A stretch of DNA of 64,000 bases from Marsupella aquatica (Eukaryota > Plantae > Marchantiophyta): assembly GCA_973895155.1 (NCBI GenBank), contig OZ316894.1, positions 14,337,680-14,401,679 of the forward strand, given 5' to 3'. Position numbers and translations under genes: made by a program. The notes beneath the pieces were generated by a model. That model was not told the origin of the DNA. It saw nothing but the letters and a program-made list of their open reading frames with translations, and did not search any database. This document shows positions 36,775 through 49,900 of this stretch, piece by piece (the stretch's first letter is position 1; every line of letters begins with the position of its first letter).

Positions 36775-38108
36775 CTAGAAATCATACTCTTGTAACAACA
36801 ATGCCCATCGTGCAAGCTTTCTTGTAAGCTTGTTAGACTCCATTAACCACTTGACGGGCTGGTGATCATTGATCAAGGTGAACGGATTACCAAACAAATA
36901 GCAACAAAAATGTGCCACAGCCCACACAGCTGCCAAACACTCTCCCTCATACGAGCTATACTTAGCCTCTGCTGAATTGTTTGATCCACTGGCATATGCC
37001 ACAACAAACTCATTCCCCTCATCATCCTTCTGAGTTAGCACTGCTCCAAGTCCTACTCCACTCCAATCAATGTGTAGCTGAAATGGTCGTCCCAAAATGG
37101 GTCTTCTCAAAATAGGTGTTGACGCCGATCTTTCCTTCAATTCTTGGAAAGCATGCTCTTGGTCGTCACCCCAAATCTACTCCTGGTCCAACTTAGTGAG
37201 TATAATTAAAGGCTTGGCAAGTTGGCTAAATCCTTTAACATACTGTCTATAATAGCTCGCCAATCCCAAAAATGCACGAACTCTACTCACATCAGTAGGA
37301 CGAGGAATCTGTGTAATGGCCTCCACCTTAGTCTCTTGCACACCCAATCCTCCTGGGTAGATAGTGTGGCCCAAATACTCAATTTTGTCTTGGAAGAACT
37401 TACATTTGCCAGGATGAAGTTTCAATCCATATTCTCTCAATCTCTCCAACACAATCTGCAAGTGTCTTTGATGTTCTTCCACAGTCAAAGAATAGACCAA
37501 AATATCATCAATGTAACATCTCACAAAATCAAAACCTACAAGAATTCAATCCATAACTCTTTGAAATTCAGCTGGTGCATTCTTCAACCCAAATGGTAAG
37601 AACAATCACTGATACAAACGATCTTTGCCATAAGAATCAATTCCCCAAAATGCTATCTTGGATCTATCAGAATGCCTAATTGGCAACTGATGGTACCCCG
37701 CCTTGAGGTCCAACGAACTAAATATCTTTGCATGCCCCACAGCATCAAAGATCTCCTCCAGTGTGGGCATAACATATCGATCAGATTTTGTCGATAATCA
37801 CCACACATCCGCCTATCTGTGTAATTGCCATGCACATCCTTCTTGGTTGGCATCACTATGGCAGATGCATACTCCCCATATGAGATCTCCACCAAACCAG
37901 CCTCCAACAAATCTTGAGTTCTACTCTGGATCAAAGCCCTCTCCATGTCATTGTACCAATACGGTCGTCGAAAGATTGGCGCATCACTAGCCAATTTGAT
38001 CTGAATACCAGGACCCTTCAATGTCCCCAAATCCTTCATACTAAATGCAAAACAATTCCAATAACTCTTCAAGAATTGATGCATGCAACGTCTCTCCCTC
38101 CCAGTCAA
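36775..38108 (-). pseudogene. Gypsy reverse transcriptase and RNase H
   Basis: RRMCGDYR, YIDDILVYS, KCKF..IEYLGH, FLGLASYYR, LHIDWS..GLGAVLTQ, YSSYEGECLA, LARWALLLQEYDF. Confidence 0.95.
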
Positions 38109-38120
38109 CTTAGGACCAAT

Positions 38121-38321
38121 CTATGGTTCCCAACTCTCCATCAAAGCTATGACATCTTCCTTTGCAGTTGAAGAGGTCACAAGCCACGGGCTGTGACTCT
38201 CCTTCAAAGTTGTGACGTCTTCCTTTGGAGTTGAAGAGGCCACAAGCAGCGGGCTGTGACTCTCCATTGAAGCTGTGATGTTTTCCTTTGGAGTTGGAGA
38301 GGCCATAAGCTGTGGGCTGTG
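38121..38321 (-). repeat. ~60-bp (20-aa) coding tandem repeat in the DNMT-RT linker
   Basis: ASPTPKENITASMESHSPLL / VASSTPKEDVTTLKESHSPWL / VTSSTAKEDVIALMES. Confidence 0.8.
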
Positions 38322-38539
38322 GATGGAAGAGACAGTCGCTTGTTGCTATTTATCAATGGTTTGAGCAACCTCCTTTTGCTCAACAAAATGTTTTGCCTTG
38401 GCCAATCCTGCCATAGGTCTATTAATTGTCTGCTTGCTCCCAACTATGGCCGCTATTGTCTCGGTAGGCTGCAAGCTCACCAATGGATGATTTGTAACAT
38501 TAGAATTGCGCATTCGCAATTGTTCAACTAATCCCAAGC

Positions 38540-38844
38540 TGATAATCCAAGTCAAACAATTCAAATCCATGGCTTGACCAAGGACCTGACAACGTGAATG
38601 CTCTGACATCGAGGCCACTGCCGTGGTGCTGGTCAAAAATCCCATAGCCCGCTCTCTCTCATTAGCGGTAGGCTCTACTAGTCATTGTAGAGTTGTATCT
38701 CACACAAGTCCAGGGCCACCTGCTCGAAATGCGTATGAAGTAGAATGGCTCACAAAAGTGGGTAATGCACAACGCGGACGCCCAACAACATTCACCACTG
38801 CCAATGGTGGTCGATCAGATTGGGTAACACTTTGTGCACAACGC
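38540..38844 (-). pseudogene. C5-cytosine DNA methyltransferase, C-terminal half (motifs IX-X)
   Basis: ALPTFVS...LVEPTANERERAMGFLTSTT...SEHSRCQVLGQAMDLNCL. Confidence 0.9.
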
Positions 38845-40891
38845 TGTGACGCCGCCGGTACGGCGAGTAATGAGCAATTCAGTCTAAACCGTGCCTAGCA
38901 CGCGCGTCAGGGGTATCTTAGGCCACTATGATTAGCATAACGACAGTATTTAGGTAGCCATTATGAGTAGGAAATCATTAGTCAATAAGGGGAATTCATG
39001 TCTGGGCTGGCGGCGCGTCGCCATTCGCACGCCCGGGTTACGAGCGTGGAGGGGCCCCTCCCTCGGGTCCGTATAACAAACTTTAGGAGGCGTCCACTGA
39101 CACGCGGTGACTCAGACCGGCGGAGTGGCCGGTACACTACAAGCGTGAACGGTTCAGCCTATAGGCAACGAGGAGATGTCGAGGGATCGGCAAGCCCTCA
39201 AGGTATAAAAAGGGAGCCGACCCTTTGGAGTGCACCAGTCCATCAGTCCACGCGCCAGCTTTGACCCCAGCTCTCTCATTCGCTCTAAGTCGCCACTACT
39301 ATCTCCTCTGGATGTCGCACACGATCCTCTCCAGCTCGGCCATTCGATTTTGGACGCAGTTCCTATCTACCGGAAGGCACTTGGCCGACTCATTGAAACA
39401 CGCCAACCCGCACCGATACGAAATCGAACGTGAGTACGAGAGAGCCATCCGCCTAGCAGGACGACACCACTACATCCTTAACTTTGACTACCCGTCTCAG
39501 AGCAAGCTTTACCGACTAGCAGAGGTATCTAGGTACTTCTTCAACGGAGACAAATATATCGGTTTCCGGGAAGCATTGCTTCGGCTTCCGAACGAGGTCT
39601 TCAATATCCCGGGTACGATTGACTTGCAACGACATCACTTCAACCACATCCTTGCTCAAGTTCGGGCTATCATCAACAGCGAGTCCAGCACTACCCGTTC
39701 GACAAGGTCGTCCGCACTTGCTTTGGAGAACTTCTACCAGCACCTGCAGAGCTTCATGGGAACTAGACCTGCAACCACCGGCGCCAGCCCAATGGACCCC
39801 ATACCCGTACCCATACCAACGCAGACTCAGGCTCAGGCTCAGCTTCAGGCTCAGCTTCAGGCTCAGCTTCAGTCTCAGCCTCAGCCTAGCCAACCAGGTC
39901 CAGCTCCTCAAGGCAGACAATGACAGACTTCGTAAGCAGCGGGATGGCCGCTCCCACTCGGGCGGCTGTGGCAAGCGTACCAGGCATTAGCGGCGGAGTA
40001 GGAATAGAATAGGGTTAGGAGTAGCTAGGTCAGGCTATTGGGACAGGCACCTGCCTTAGTTACAGCAGTATTGCCATGTTGTCCAGCCTGCGTAGATTAG
40101 AATCTTCTAATAAGACACAGCCGTTTTTTGGCCTGACAGTCAGATTAGTTAGGACCTAAGTCAGCGAATCTTCGGGCGGTAGGACACTTTGTTCCCCGGC
40201 CCTTAGTATTTAGTGCACCCCTCGGTTGAGGCAGGGGGGGTTTTAGTCTCAGAGTTGGACATCCGTGGTATGTGCGGGGAGTCCCGACCTCTGGGAGTGA
40301 AAGAGTACCAAGGGGAGGGGGTAGGACTAAGCTCGCCGGGCGAGTGCGGAGCCGGGCTCTGTTGTAGTATACTCTCTCGGCCTTGAACCTGTTCATTCCG
40401 GAGCTATCGGGTCAACCAAGTGTACGCACATGTCCCCTATGTAGTAAAATCCTTTCCCATTATTTCCTTCGTGTAAATCGAGATTGTATGCTTGTGCGCG
40501 TGTATGTGTGTGTGAATCTCGTGTATAGGTGACAACGCCGGGCCGAACGCACTACCCGAGTCATGCACAGGGTGCAGCTTGCGGGGATGTGGTTGCGAGC
40601 ACGGGTTGAGGACCTGTATCATAGAATCCGGATCGAAGGCGGACAACACGAAGGCCTAGAAGTCCTTAAGCCGGGGTCGATCCTGTTATCGACTAAGGTA
40701 CGTTCCGGCGGTGGAACACAAACCATACCTAGGAGATGCCCATATCTAACAGTAGGCGCGTGTATGTGTGTGTGAATCTCGTGAATTAGGTGCATTACGC
40801 GCTTCCCTCCCTGCCCGAACCCTCATATTTACGAAGGAGATGCCCATTTAAAGCTGAAGCCCGAGTTTAGGCCAAGGCTGATGACGTGACA
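38845..40891 (+). repeat. 5' LTR (2047 bp, carrying a ~2-kb internal deletion)
   Basis: Matches 46996-48022 and then 50011-51004, with ACC microhomology at the join near 39893. Confidence 0.93.
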
Positions 40892-40904
40892 TAGCCTTTG
40901 TTTT

Positions 40905-40922
40905 TGGCGCTAGATGGAGGGG
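40905..40922 (+). promoter_or_regulatory. PBS TGGCGCTAGATGGAGGGG, probably complementary to the tRNA-Asn 3' end
   Basis: Starts with TGG, 13 nt after the LTR end. One mismatch to the plant tRNA-Asn(GUU) 3' end as I recall it. Confidence 0.65.
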
Positions 40923-41015
40923 GCACTCTACATATCGTAGAGGGGAGACATGTGCGTATGCACCTGGGCAAAATACACCAGGCCCTAGTACTAACCATCG
41001 CATTTACACGAGTAA

Positions 41016-44000
41016 ATGCCCGTTACTCGTTCTCAAGCAACTTACTTGAGGAGATTGACCAGCGAACAAGAAGGTGCAACCACAACAAGCTCCGATTCTT
41101 CGGGCTCAGAGGACTCGCAATCTCCCCGACGAATGAACATACCACCGGGACCGGGACCTTCGGGGTCCGGTTCGACCGGTCCTACTGCGGTTCCTGTGCC
41201 ACCACCGCCACCACCGTCACCACCGCCACCACCTATGGCAGCCGCCCCACCGATGGCCCGCGCTGCCCAATCCCCTCCACAAATATCGCAACAATTGCGG
41301 TTTCATTATCGACCTTTCAAGGGGCGTCATGGGGATGATCCGGATGAATGGTTGGATGAGTTTGAAGCCACTGCTAAGGCTAACGGGGAAGACGCCATTA
41401 AGTTAACCGTCCTCCCCGGAGTGATGCGGGGAGAAGCTCGTCCATGGTACAACTCGCTGCCACCCGGGACTACATGGGCACAATTCCAAGCTGCATTGTT
41501 GCAAGAGTTTCGTGCTATTGGATCCGAGCAGCGCTCTCTATTAAAGATCTGCCAGCTTCGCATGGGAAAAAAGGAGTCCCTATGAAAGTTCATTCAGAAG
41601 TTTCAGAAACTTGTTGCCAAAATACGGCCCAGGCCTGGTGACGCTCTCCAGCTTACATGGTTCCTCCATTGTTTGCCCACCAATATGCAATTCTGGGTGC
41701 GCCATAATAATCCAATTTCAATGCAAGCAGCCATAGCATGCGCCGAAACCTACCGGGAGTCCACCTATAACTCCCGGCGAAGCCAGCGGGCACGCCGCAA
41801 GAAGGGCAAGTACGAGACCTTCAGTGACAGTGACTCCGAATCAGACGACGAGAAGAAGAAGAAACGCAAGAAGAAGAAGAAACATCGTTCGACCTTATCC
41901 AGTTCGGAGACTGAATCTAGTTCGGATTCAACTTTGAATAGCGGGTCCTCCACCTCCAGCTCATCAGGAAGTGATTCGGAGAGTGAGAGCCGGAGCAAGA
42001 AGAAGAAAAGGCGGGTTAAGAAGGAGGGGAAAATCAAATCTCGTACTCACAGAGCAATACCCGATCCAAAGGCTGCCGAAGCAGATAAGCTTAACAAAAT
42101 CACGAATCGCCTCAAAGCACTATCAGTACATCTCGCGGAAAAGCCGGTGGAGAAGAAGAAACCATCTGAGATTCGAGCCCATGCATGGTGTTCAAAGTGC
42201 TTCCAATCCGGGCATGTCGTGCAAGAATGCCCAAGATGGAAGAACTGAGTTCACCAGGTGGACTTAGATGATGTCGACAACCCGGGACCTGAAGCGGAGT
42301 CCACGGAGTATTTCTTTGAAGACCCTCCTAATTTGGTGTATCAGATTTCAACGGTGGGTCCGCATAACTTAGCAGGTAGAATTGCATACCCCTACCCAAA
42401 CAATGGCCGAGGCTTCCAAGTTATCAGTAACCCTAGCATTCCTCCTAAACCAGGGATTTGGCGATCCCCGGTTTGTTACAACTGTGAGAAGCCAGGCCAT
42501 TTTGCGAGGGAATGCACAGAACCAAGACGCCAGGGGGATGGCCGTGGCACGCCACTTTGTCAAGTCTGCAAAACAGAAGCTCATTCCACGGCCAACTGTC
42601 CATTGGTAATGGCCGCTCAAACAAATGCAGCAAGACCAGCCCAGGGCGGACCGGCCACGAGTGATGCGGTCGTCCAAATGATTGCAGTGGAATGGCAAGA
42701 TGACAACACCGAGTGGGTGAATCTGGTGGATGTGGCGGAACACCCTAATCCATCTGACGAGGCTGAGTGCTATCGTGTGTCAACAAGAGCCGAACAGAAG
42801 GAAGAGAAGCAGGAGGAGAAACGCAGGAAAAAGCAAGATACTACTCCGGTGCAGCCAGCGATAGATATACCCCCGGAGAAGGACGATGACTACCGACGGG
42901 ATGACCCGAAGCTATTTTTCCCCCGCATCAAAGAATTGGTAAAGAAACAGCTGGAGGCCTACGAAGCTCGGGAATACCAGAAGGCAATCGATAAGGACAT
43001 CAAAGCAACCGAGACAGCCCGGCGACAGGAGCAAGAAAAGCAAGATAAGCAAGAGGAAGCCAAGCAGCAGCCGAAGGAAGAAAAGAAGGAGGACTATGAT
43101 ATTAAGGAGGACGTGAAGAGTTGCCCGGTTACAGCAACAGTAGGACAACTGCTGCAAAACAATCCACAGTACAGACGGCAACTGAGGGAGTTGCTTACGG
43201 GTCGACGACGGAGACGACTACCCCGAGTTGGGACTGCAGATTGCAACATGATATGTGAGGACCTGGGAGCGCCGGACATCTCGATTGAAATTAATAATTG
43301 TACCATCAGGATGGTTCTCGTAGACGGAGGAGCGGGAGTCAACATCATGACGAAAGAAACGTCAGTCAAGTTAGGATACCTCACGTATCAACCCATAGCC
43401 CGAGCTATTAGATTAGCAAACGGGGCAAGGGTACTTCCATTGGGCACGCTTACACGGGTACTCACTCTGGTAGGAGGGGTGGAGTTCTATCTCAACTTCC
43501 TAGTCATGAGGCCGGTTTGGCCCTCCTCTTATCCGGTCCTCCTAGGCAGGCCGTGGGTGTACGGTGGCCGTGTGGTCACGGATTGGGGAAAGAAGGAGCT
43601 ATGGTTCGGGACACCCACAGTACAGGTATCATGGACAATGGACGATTATCAGGGTGAAACCCCATAGGGACCCGAGGAATATGATTCGGAGACCTCGGAG
43701 GAAGAGGAACTCAACATGATTGAACTCATATCGTCCCTGTCCGAGGAAGATGTCTTCAGAATTGAGGCAACCCGCGAAACACATCTCCTGAATTACCCGA
43801 AGGCTGCTATTGAGCCCACCCCAAGCACCTCTACTGCCCGGGATGAGGAAACGCAAAAACAACTCATCGATACGGAGGACCCGGCTCCAGCTAAGCAGGG
43901 AACCGATGTTGCTTCTACCAGTGTAGAGCCTCATGACCACGAACCAGCCAAACAATCGGCCGGGGCTGAAACCCCGAGACCAAGACATAAGAAACGAGTC

Positions 44001-46940
44001 TCCTGGGATCCGTCCATCCCGCATTTGGAGGAAGTAACTCCAATCCCGAGACCAATCCCGGTTCCACCCATGTACGGAGGATTTCGGTTAGCTGAACTTG
44101 ATGCGAGCCTGGACCCGAGCTTGCGGAACCAGGTTGAAGTCATCAGGAAGGAGCACTACCGGAAGTACACCATTGGGATGGATAAATCGTTTAACCTGGG
44201 CCACGCTCTGACAGGGGAGGCGGAAAAATCTATCCAAGCTCTGCTCAAGGAATATGAAGATGTGTTTGCATGGAGCCATCACGATTTAACAGGAGTCTCC
44301 CCCGAGTTAGGAGAACACGATCGATTTGAATCTGGGGGCCCATGCAGTACGACAGCGACAATGTCGCATGAACCCAAGGTACTCCATCTTAGTGAAGGAG
44401 GAAATTGATCGTCTCCTCGCCACAGATATCATCTACCCGGTAATGGCCAGCGACTGGGTCTCTCCCATCGTCATTGTACCGAAAAAGGGAGGAACGGACG
44501 GAAAACCTAAGATCCGGATTTGTCAGGACTATCGTAAGCTGAACGACGCGACCCGAAAAGACCATTACCCATTACCATTCACGGATATGGTTCTAGATAT
44601 GGTAGCCCGAAATGAAATTTATACATTCCTTGATGGGTATTCGGGTTACAACCAAATCTGGATTCGCCTCTCGGATCAGCTCAAAACAACGTTCACTACG
44701 GAATGGGGGACTTTCGCATTTCGGAGAATGCCGTTCGGGTTGTGTAACGCTCCGGCCATGTTTCAGCGACTCATGATGAATATCTTCCATGATTTCCTAC
44801 GGGAATTTCTGGAGATATTTATCGACGACTTTGCCATCTTTGGAATTGTCGCCATGCACCCCGAACACCTAAGACGTACGTTCCAACGATGCCGAGAGGT
44901 TAACCTCAAACTACATCCCGCTAAATGTTTTTTCGGGGTAGAGGAGGGAGTATTACTCGGGCATCGTGTGTCCAAACGGGGTATCGAGGTGGACCAAGAG
45001 AAGGTCGCGGCCTGGATGGCGGTGGTGTTTCTCGTAGATCAAAAAGTGGTACGATCCTTCTTGGGCTGTGTAGGGTATTACCGTCGGTTTATTAAAGACT
45101 TTGCTAAAATAGTGTTGCCCTTGACTGAGTGATGAAAAAGGACGCGGTGATCGAGGAGACACCCAGGAGACGGATTGCTTTCGAAGAACTCCGTAAAAGA
45201 CTCACCACCGCACTTATCATGGTCACTCCGGACTGGAATAAGGAGTTTCACGTGTATGTCAATGTGTCAGGGTTCTGTATTGGATCCGTGCTCAGTCAGC
45301 TTGATGAGAACGGACGCGACCACCCCATCTACTTCGCTAGCCGTCAATTATTCACAGCCGAAAAGAATTATTCCCCCACTGATCGAGAAGCTCTGGGAAT
45401 AATCTACTTGTGTAAAAAGTTCCGACACTATCTGCTAGGCTACAAGGTCATATTCCACACGGATCATGATAGCCTGAAGTACATGGTCAACAAAGCGGAC
45501 GTGACGGGACGGATAGCCCGGTGGGTGCTACTTCTCCAGGAATTTAACTACAAAGTTCGGGTTCGGCCCGGAAAGGCACACCTCAATGCCGACTTCTTTT
45601 CAAGGCTGGACGGCGTACCAGTCGATCAGCCAATTGATGATATTTTTCCAGATGAGGAGTTGTTCCACGTAGGGGCGGGGACGCCAACGTGGTACGGCTC
45701 AATAATCACCTTCCTCTTGATAGGCCGCATCCCGGACGGCATCAATCAGGAAGCCGCCGCTGTGTTTCTACGGAAAGCCGGGCCTTACATCATGGTACAG
45801 GGTCACCTACATAAGGAAGGAGTTAATGGGAAGTTACGACGCTGCTTGGAGTATAAGGAGACGCTTATCGTGATGCGGGCCTTGCATGAAGAAGAAGCTA
45901 GAGGCCATTTTGCGGCTATCACAACAGCCCAAAAGATTATGGACTCCGGATATTGGTGGCCTACGTTGCATTGGGATGTACAATGCTTCATCAAGGGTTG
46001 TGACCTGTGTCAACGGGCTGGGGCCCCGAGACGAGCTCATCATCACCCTCTCACGTCCGTACTTCCATTAGCACCATTCGAAAAGTGGGGTATTGATTAT
46101 ATCGGGCCATTTACTCCCGTTACCCGAAGACGAAGATGCAGGTACATCCTGCTAGCTATTGATTACTGCACCAAGTGGGTCAAAGCACGGGCTACGGTGA
46201 AGGACGACGCCGCAACCAGCGCCAGGTTCTTATATGAACAGATTTTCACCCGGTTCGGACCACCCTTAGAGTTGGTAAGCGACCGTGGAACACACTTCCT
46301 CAATGACACTATAGCCCAACTTACGGAGCGTTACCTAGTCAAGCACCGCAAGACTACCCCGTATCATCCTAAAGCCAACGGGATGGCAGAGAGAGTAAAT
46401 GGTATCATTGGGAAGATCCTCAACAAAACTGTAGCTGCGCACAAAACGGATTGGGATGATAAGTTGTATGCAGCGGTGTACGCGTATAATCTAGCTTACA
46501 AAACTACTACGAGTCACAGCCTGTACTTTCTCGTTCGGCCAACATTTGTTGGTGCCCGTCGAGTTTGAAGTACACACTCCACGGGTCAGCATTCGGGATT
46601 GCTTGCCCAAACCTGAAAGTTCGTCAGACCAAGCTTATCAGATTGAAGCCTTAGAAGAGGCACGACTACTAGCATCTTGACACGCCGTACACCAGCAAGC
46701 AACTTCTAAGAAGCAGCACGACAAAGGACTACGGAAGGTCAATGTCGTGACAGGCGATCTGGTCCTTCTGTACGATAGTAGGTACATGCAGTTTCCAGGG
46801 AAGCTTCATACCCGTTGGTTAGGGCCCTTCCTAGTCAATCAGATCTACCCTAATGGATCATTGGAGCTTGCCATGTACGCCGGCGATTTACTCCTCACGC
46901 GAGTTAGTTACGATCGTGTAAGGAAGTACCACCATCAAGA
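41016..46940 (+). pseudogene. Gypsy gag-pol (gag with three zinc knuckles, PR, RT, RH, IN)
   Basis: FKGRHGDDPDEWL; CSKCFQSGHVVQEC, CYNCEKPGHFAREC, CQVCKTEAHSTANC; LVDGGAGVN; DYRKLN, FLDGYSGYNQI, IFIDDF; NYSPTDRE; WGIDYIGP, SDRGTHF, GKLHTRWLGPF. Confidence 0.95.
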
Positions 46941-46995
46941 CGACGACGCCGAGAGTGATGTTTGCGAGGACGCTTCACAATTAAGCAGGGAGCTA

Positions 46996-49900
46996 TGTGA
47001 CGCCGCCGGTACGGCAAGTAATGAGCAATTTGGTCTAAACCATGCCTAGCACGCGCGTTAGGGGTATCTTAGGCTGCTATGATTAGCATAACGACAGTAT
47101 TTAGGTAACCATTATGAGTAGGAAATCATTAGTCAATAAGGGAAATTCATGTTTGGGCTGGCGGCGCATCGCCATTTGCACACCCGGGTTACGAGCATGG
47201 AGGGGCCCCTCCCTCGGGTCCGTATAACAAACTTTGGGAGGCGTCCACTGACACGCGGTGACTCAGACTGGCAGAGTGGCCGGTACACTACAAGCATGAA
47301 CGGTTCAGCCTATAGGCAGCAAGGAGATGTCGGGGGATCGGCAAGCCCTCAAGGTATAAAAAGGGAGCCGACCCTTTGGAGTGCACCAGTCCATCAGTCC
47401 ACGTGCCAGCTTCGACCCCAGCTCTCTCGTTCGCTCTAAGTCGCCACTACTATCTCCTCTGAATGTCGCACACAATCCTCTCCAGCTTGGCCATTCAATT
47501 CTGGACGCAGTTCCTATCTACCGGAAGGCACTTGGCCGACTCATTGAAATACGCCAACCCGCACCGATACGAAATCGAACGCGAGTACGAGAGAGCCATC
47601 CGCCTAGCAGGACAACACCACTACATCCTTAACTTTGACTACCCGTCTCAGAGCGAGCTTTACCGACTAGCAGAGGTATCTGGGTACTTCTTCAACGGAG
47701 ACAAATATATCGGTTTCTGGGAAGCATTGCTTCGGCTTCCGGACGAGGTCTTCAATATCCCGGGTACGATCCACTTGCAACGACATCACTTTGACCACAT
47801 CCCTGCTCAGGTTTGGGCTATCATCAATAGCGAGTCCAGCACTACCCGTTTGACAAGGTCGTCCGCACTTGCTTTAGAGAACTTCTACCAGCATCTGCAG
47901 AGCTTTATGGGAACTAGACCCGCAACCACCGGCGCCAGCCCAATGGACCCCATACCTGTACCCGTACCAACACAGACTCAGGCTCAGGCTCAGCTTCAGT
48001 CTCAGCCTCAGCCTAGCCAACCCCCACCGCCGATCGCCCCGCCAGCAGTACAAGTACGCTCCGTCATCAACGCTGTGGACCTTAGCGACGATGACGAGGC
48101 TACCCCACCCTTGCTCAGGCGGCCCAGAGGAGTAAACACTCAGGGGGCCGACACTACATCGCCCCCTCCCCATGCTCGGACCCAAGGAGCGGCTCTAGCA
48201 GACAACACGGTGACCGTGGCCGCCCCGGGACCAATACTAACGGCGGTAGCACTACCTATGCCCGATCGAGAGGATGGGGAGGTGTCACCTTCCCCGAGCC
48301 AGTCACGGGGGAAGAAGAGGAAGGAACCCGCCACTGCATCCGGGTTACCATTGGCCACGGTAGCCGTGGCCAAGGTAACAATGCACCGCATGGGGGAAAA
48401 CGTGCATAAGAACATCCTCCATCCCAAGCATGCGGTGTACCCGAAGACTCAAGGATTCGAGCACCTCGCCGCTCTGCCCTGGAACACTTGCAGATACTAC
48501 GGGGAGGACATGACAGAATTCGTCAAGAATTATGATGACACACGTCAGCATACTCGGCTGCGGGGAAGGAATATGTCCCTCACGGAAGAACGGCTCAAGA
48601 TGATCTTTGGATTACCCAAAGGTGACCATCGATTCGAATCACGGGCTCTCGGGGGCAAGGGAGCCAAGTACCAATCCTCGAGTTTTCCCTCAGAAGGGGC
48701 AATGGACAACGGGTTCGTGATGAGGACCTGCCTCATCCTCGAGATAGCTGAGCGACTGGAGTTCCAGAGGTACGCCCTCTACATGATGGAACCCCGGGGG
48801 GAGATCTCCGCCGCCCAGGTTATCCAGATCAAGAACTATCGACCTAGGAGGTGGGCGTCGTACTTCGCTAAGAAATTCCATGAAGAGATGGAGTGGCAAA
48901 GGAAGACGTTGTACATTGGCGGGAAGGCGTATTTCGCTAGCCACATCGAGATCATTCTTGAGTGGTACGCTCGGTTTGATCAACGAACCCTTCCCCGTGT
49001 CAACGTTACAAAGCTGGTCCCAGCTAGGTGGGTTTTCCCGGCCTTGGAGAGACGGCCCCAACCCGAGGCCCAAAGTCCAGCGGACACGCCAGCTTCACCC
49101 ACCGCACCTCCACAAGTAGCTGTAGTCGTAACCGAGGAGGTACCGGATGGGTCGGTTATCGCAACAGTTGATGCGATCCAACAGGCTGGGCTAAGTACAT
49201 AAGTCAGTACGGTGGAGGCCTTACCCGAGCCCGGGTCTCCCAAAGACCCACCGGTGGCTATTCCGGAGAACCGGACATTGCTACAGGAGGACACTCCAGC
49301 CCCTTCCAACATTACGTCCCCAGGGCAAGATGTCACTGCCCCGGCCCCCGCGCGTGTTGACGTCTGCCCGTGCCCAACTCCGGACAAGCACAACCTGGAC
49401 CACCCGGAACTCTTCGTACCGGGTACATTTCTGAATGGGCTTCTGGGAGATTTCTCTCATCAAATTGCCCGGGATACCGGGGAGTTCATGGCCCGGAAGG
49501 TAGCCTGTTTCTTCAATCAGGAGTTAGTTGCCGCAGTAAAGGCAGGTCGGGCCCAGTCAGAGGCCCTTCAGAGGATAGAGCGGTACCGGGTGGAGTCCGT
49601 ATACTTAAAGAACAAAGTTGTGGCTCAAGAGGCTGAGCTTCTGCAACTACGACCCAAAGTTGCAGCCGCCGATGATTTGTTAGCAAAGGCGCACGCCCTT
49701 ACCGCCCTAGCCGAGCAGGCCAAAGCTGGGAACAAGGGCAAGATTGCACGACTCCGGAACCAGATTGACAGTTTGAAGAATCAAACTGTCATCTGGCAGA
49801 AGGACCTGGAGGAGGCCGAAGAACGGGCCAAGCGAGACACTGCGGAGATAGCCACGCTACTGGCCGAAGTGGCACGGCTCCAAACCAAAGCCGAGAAGCA

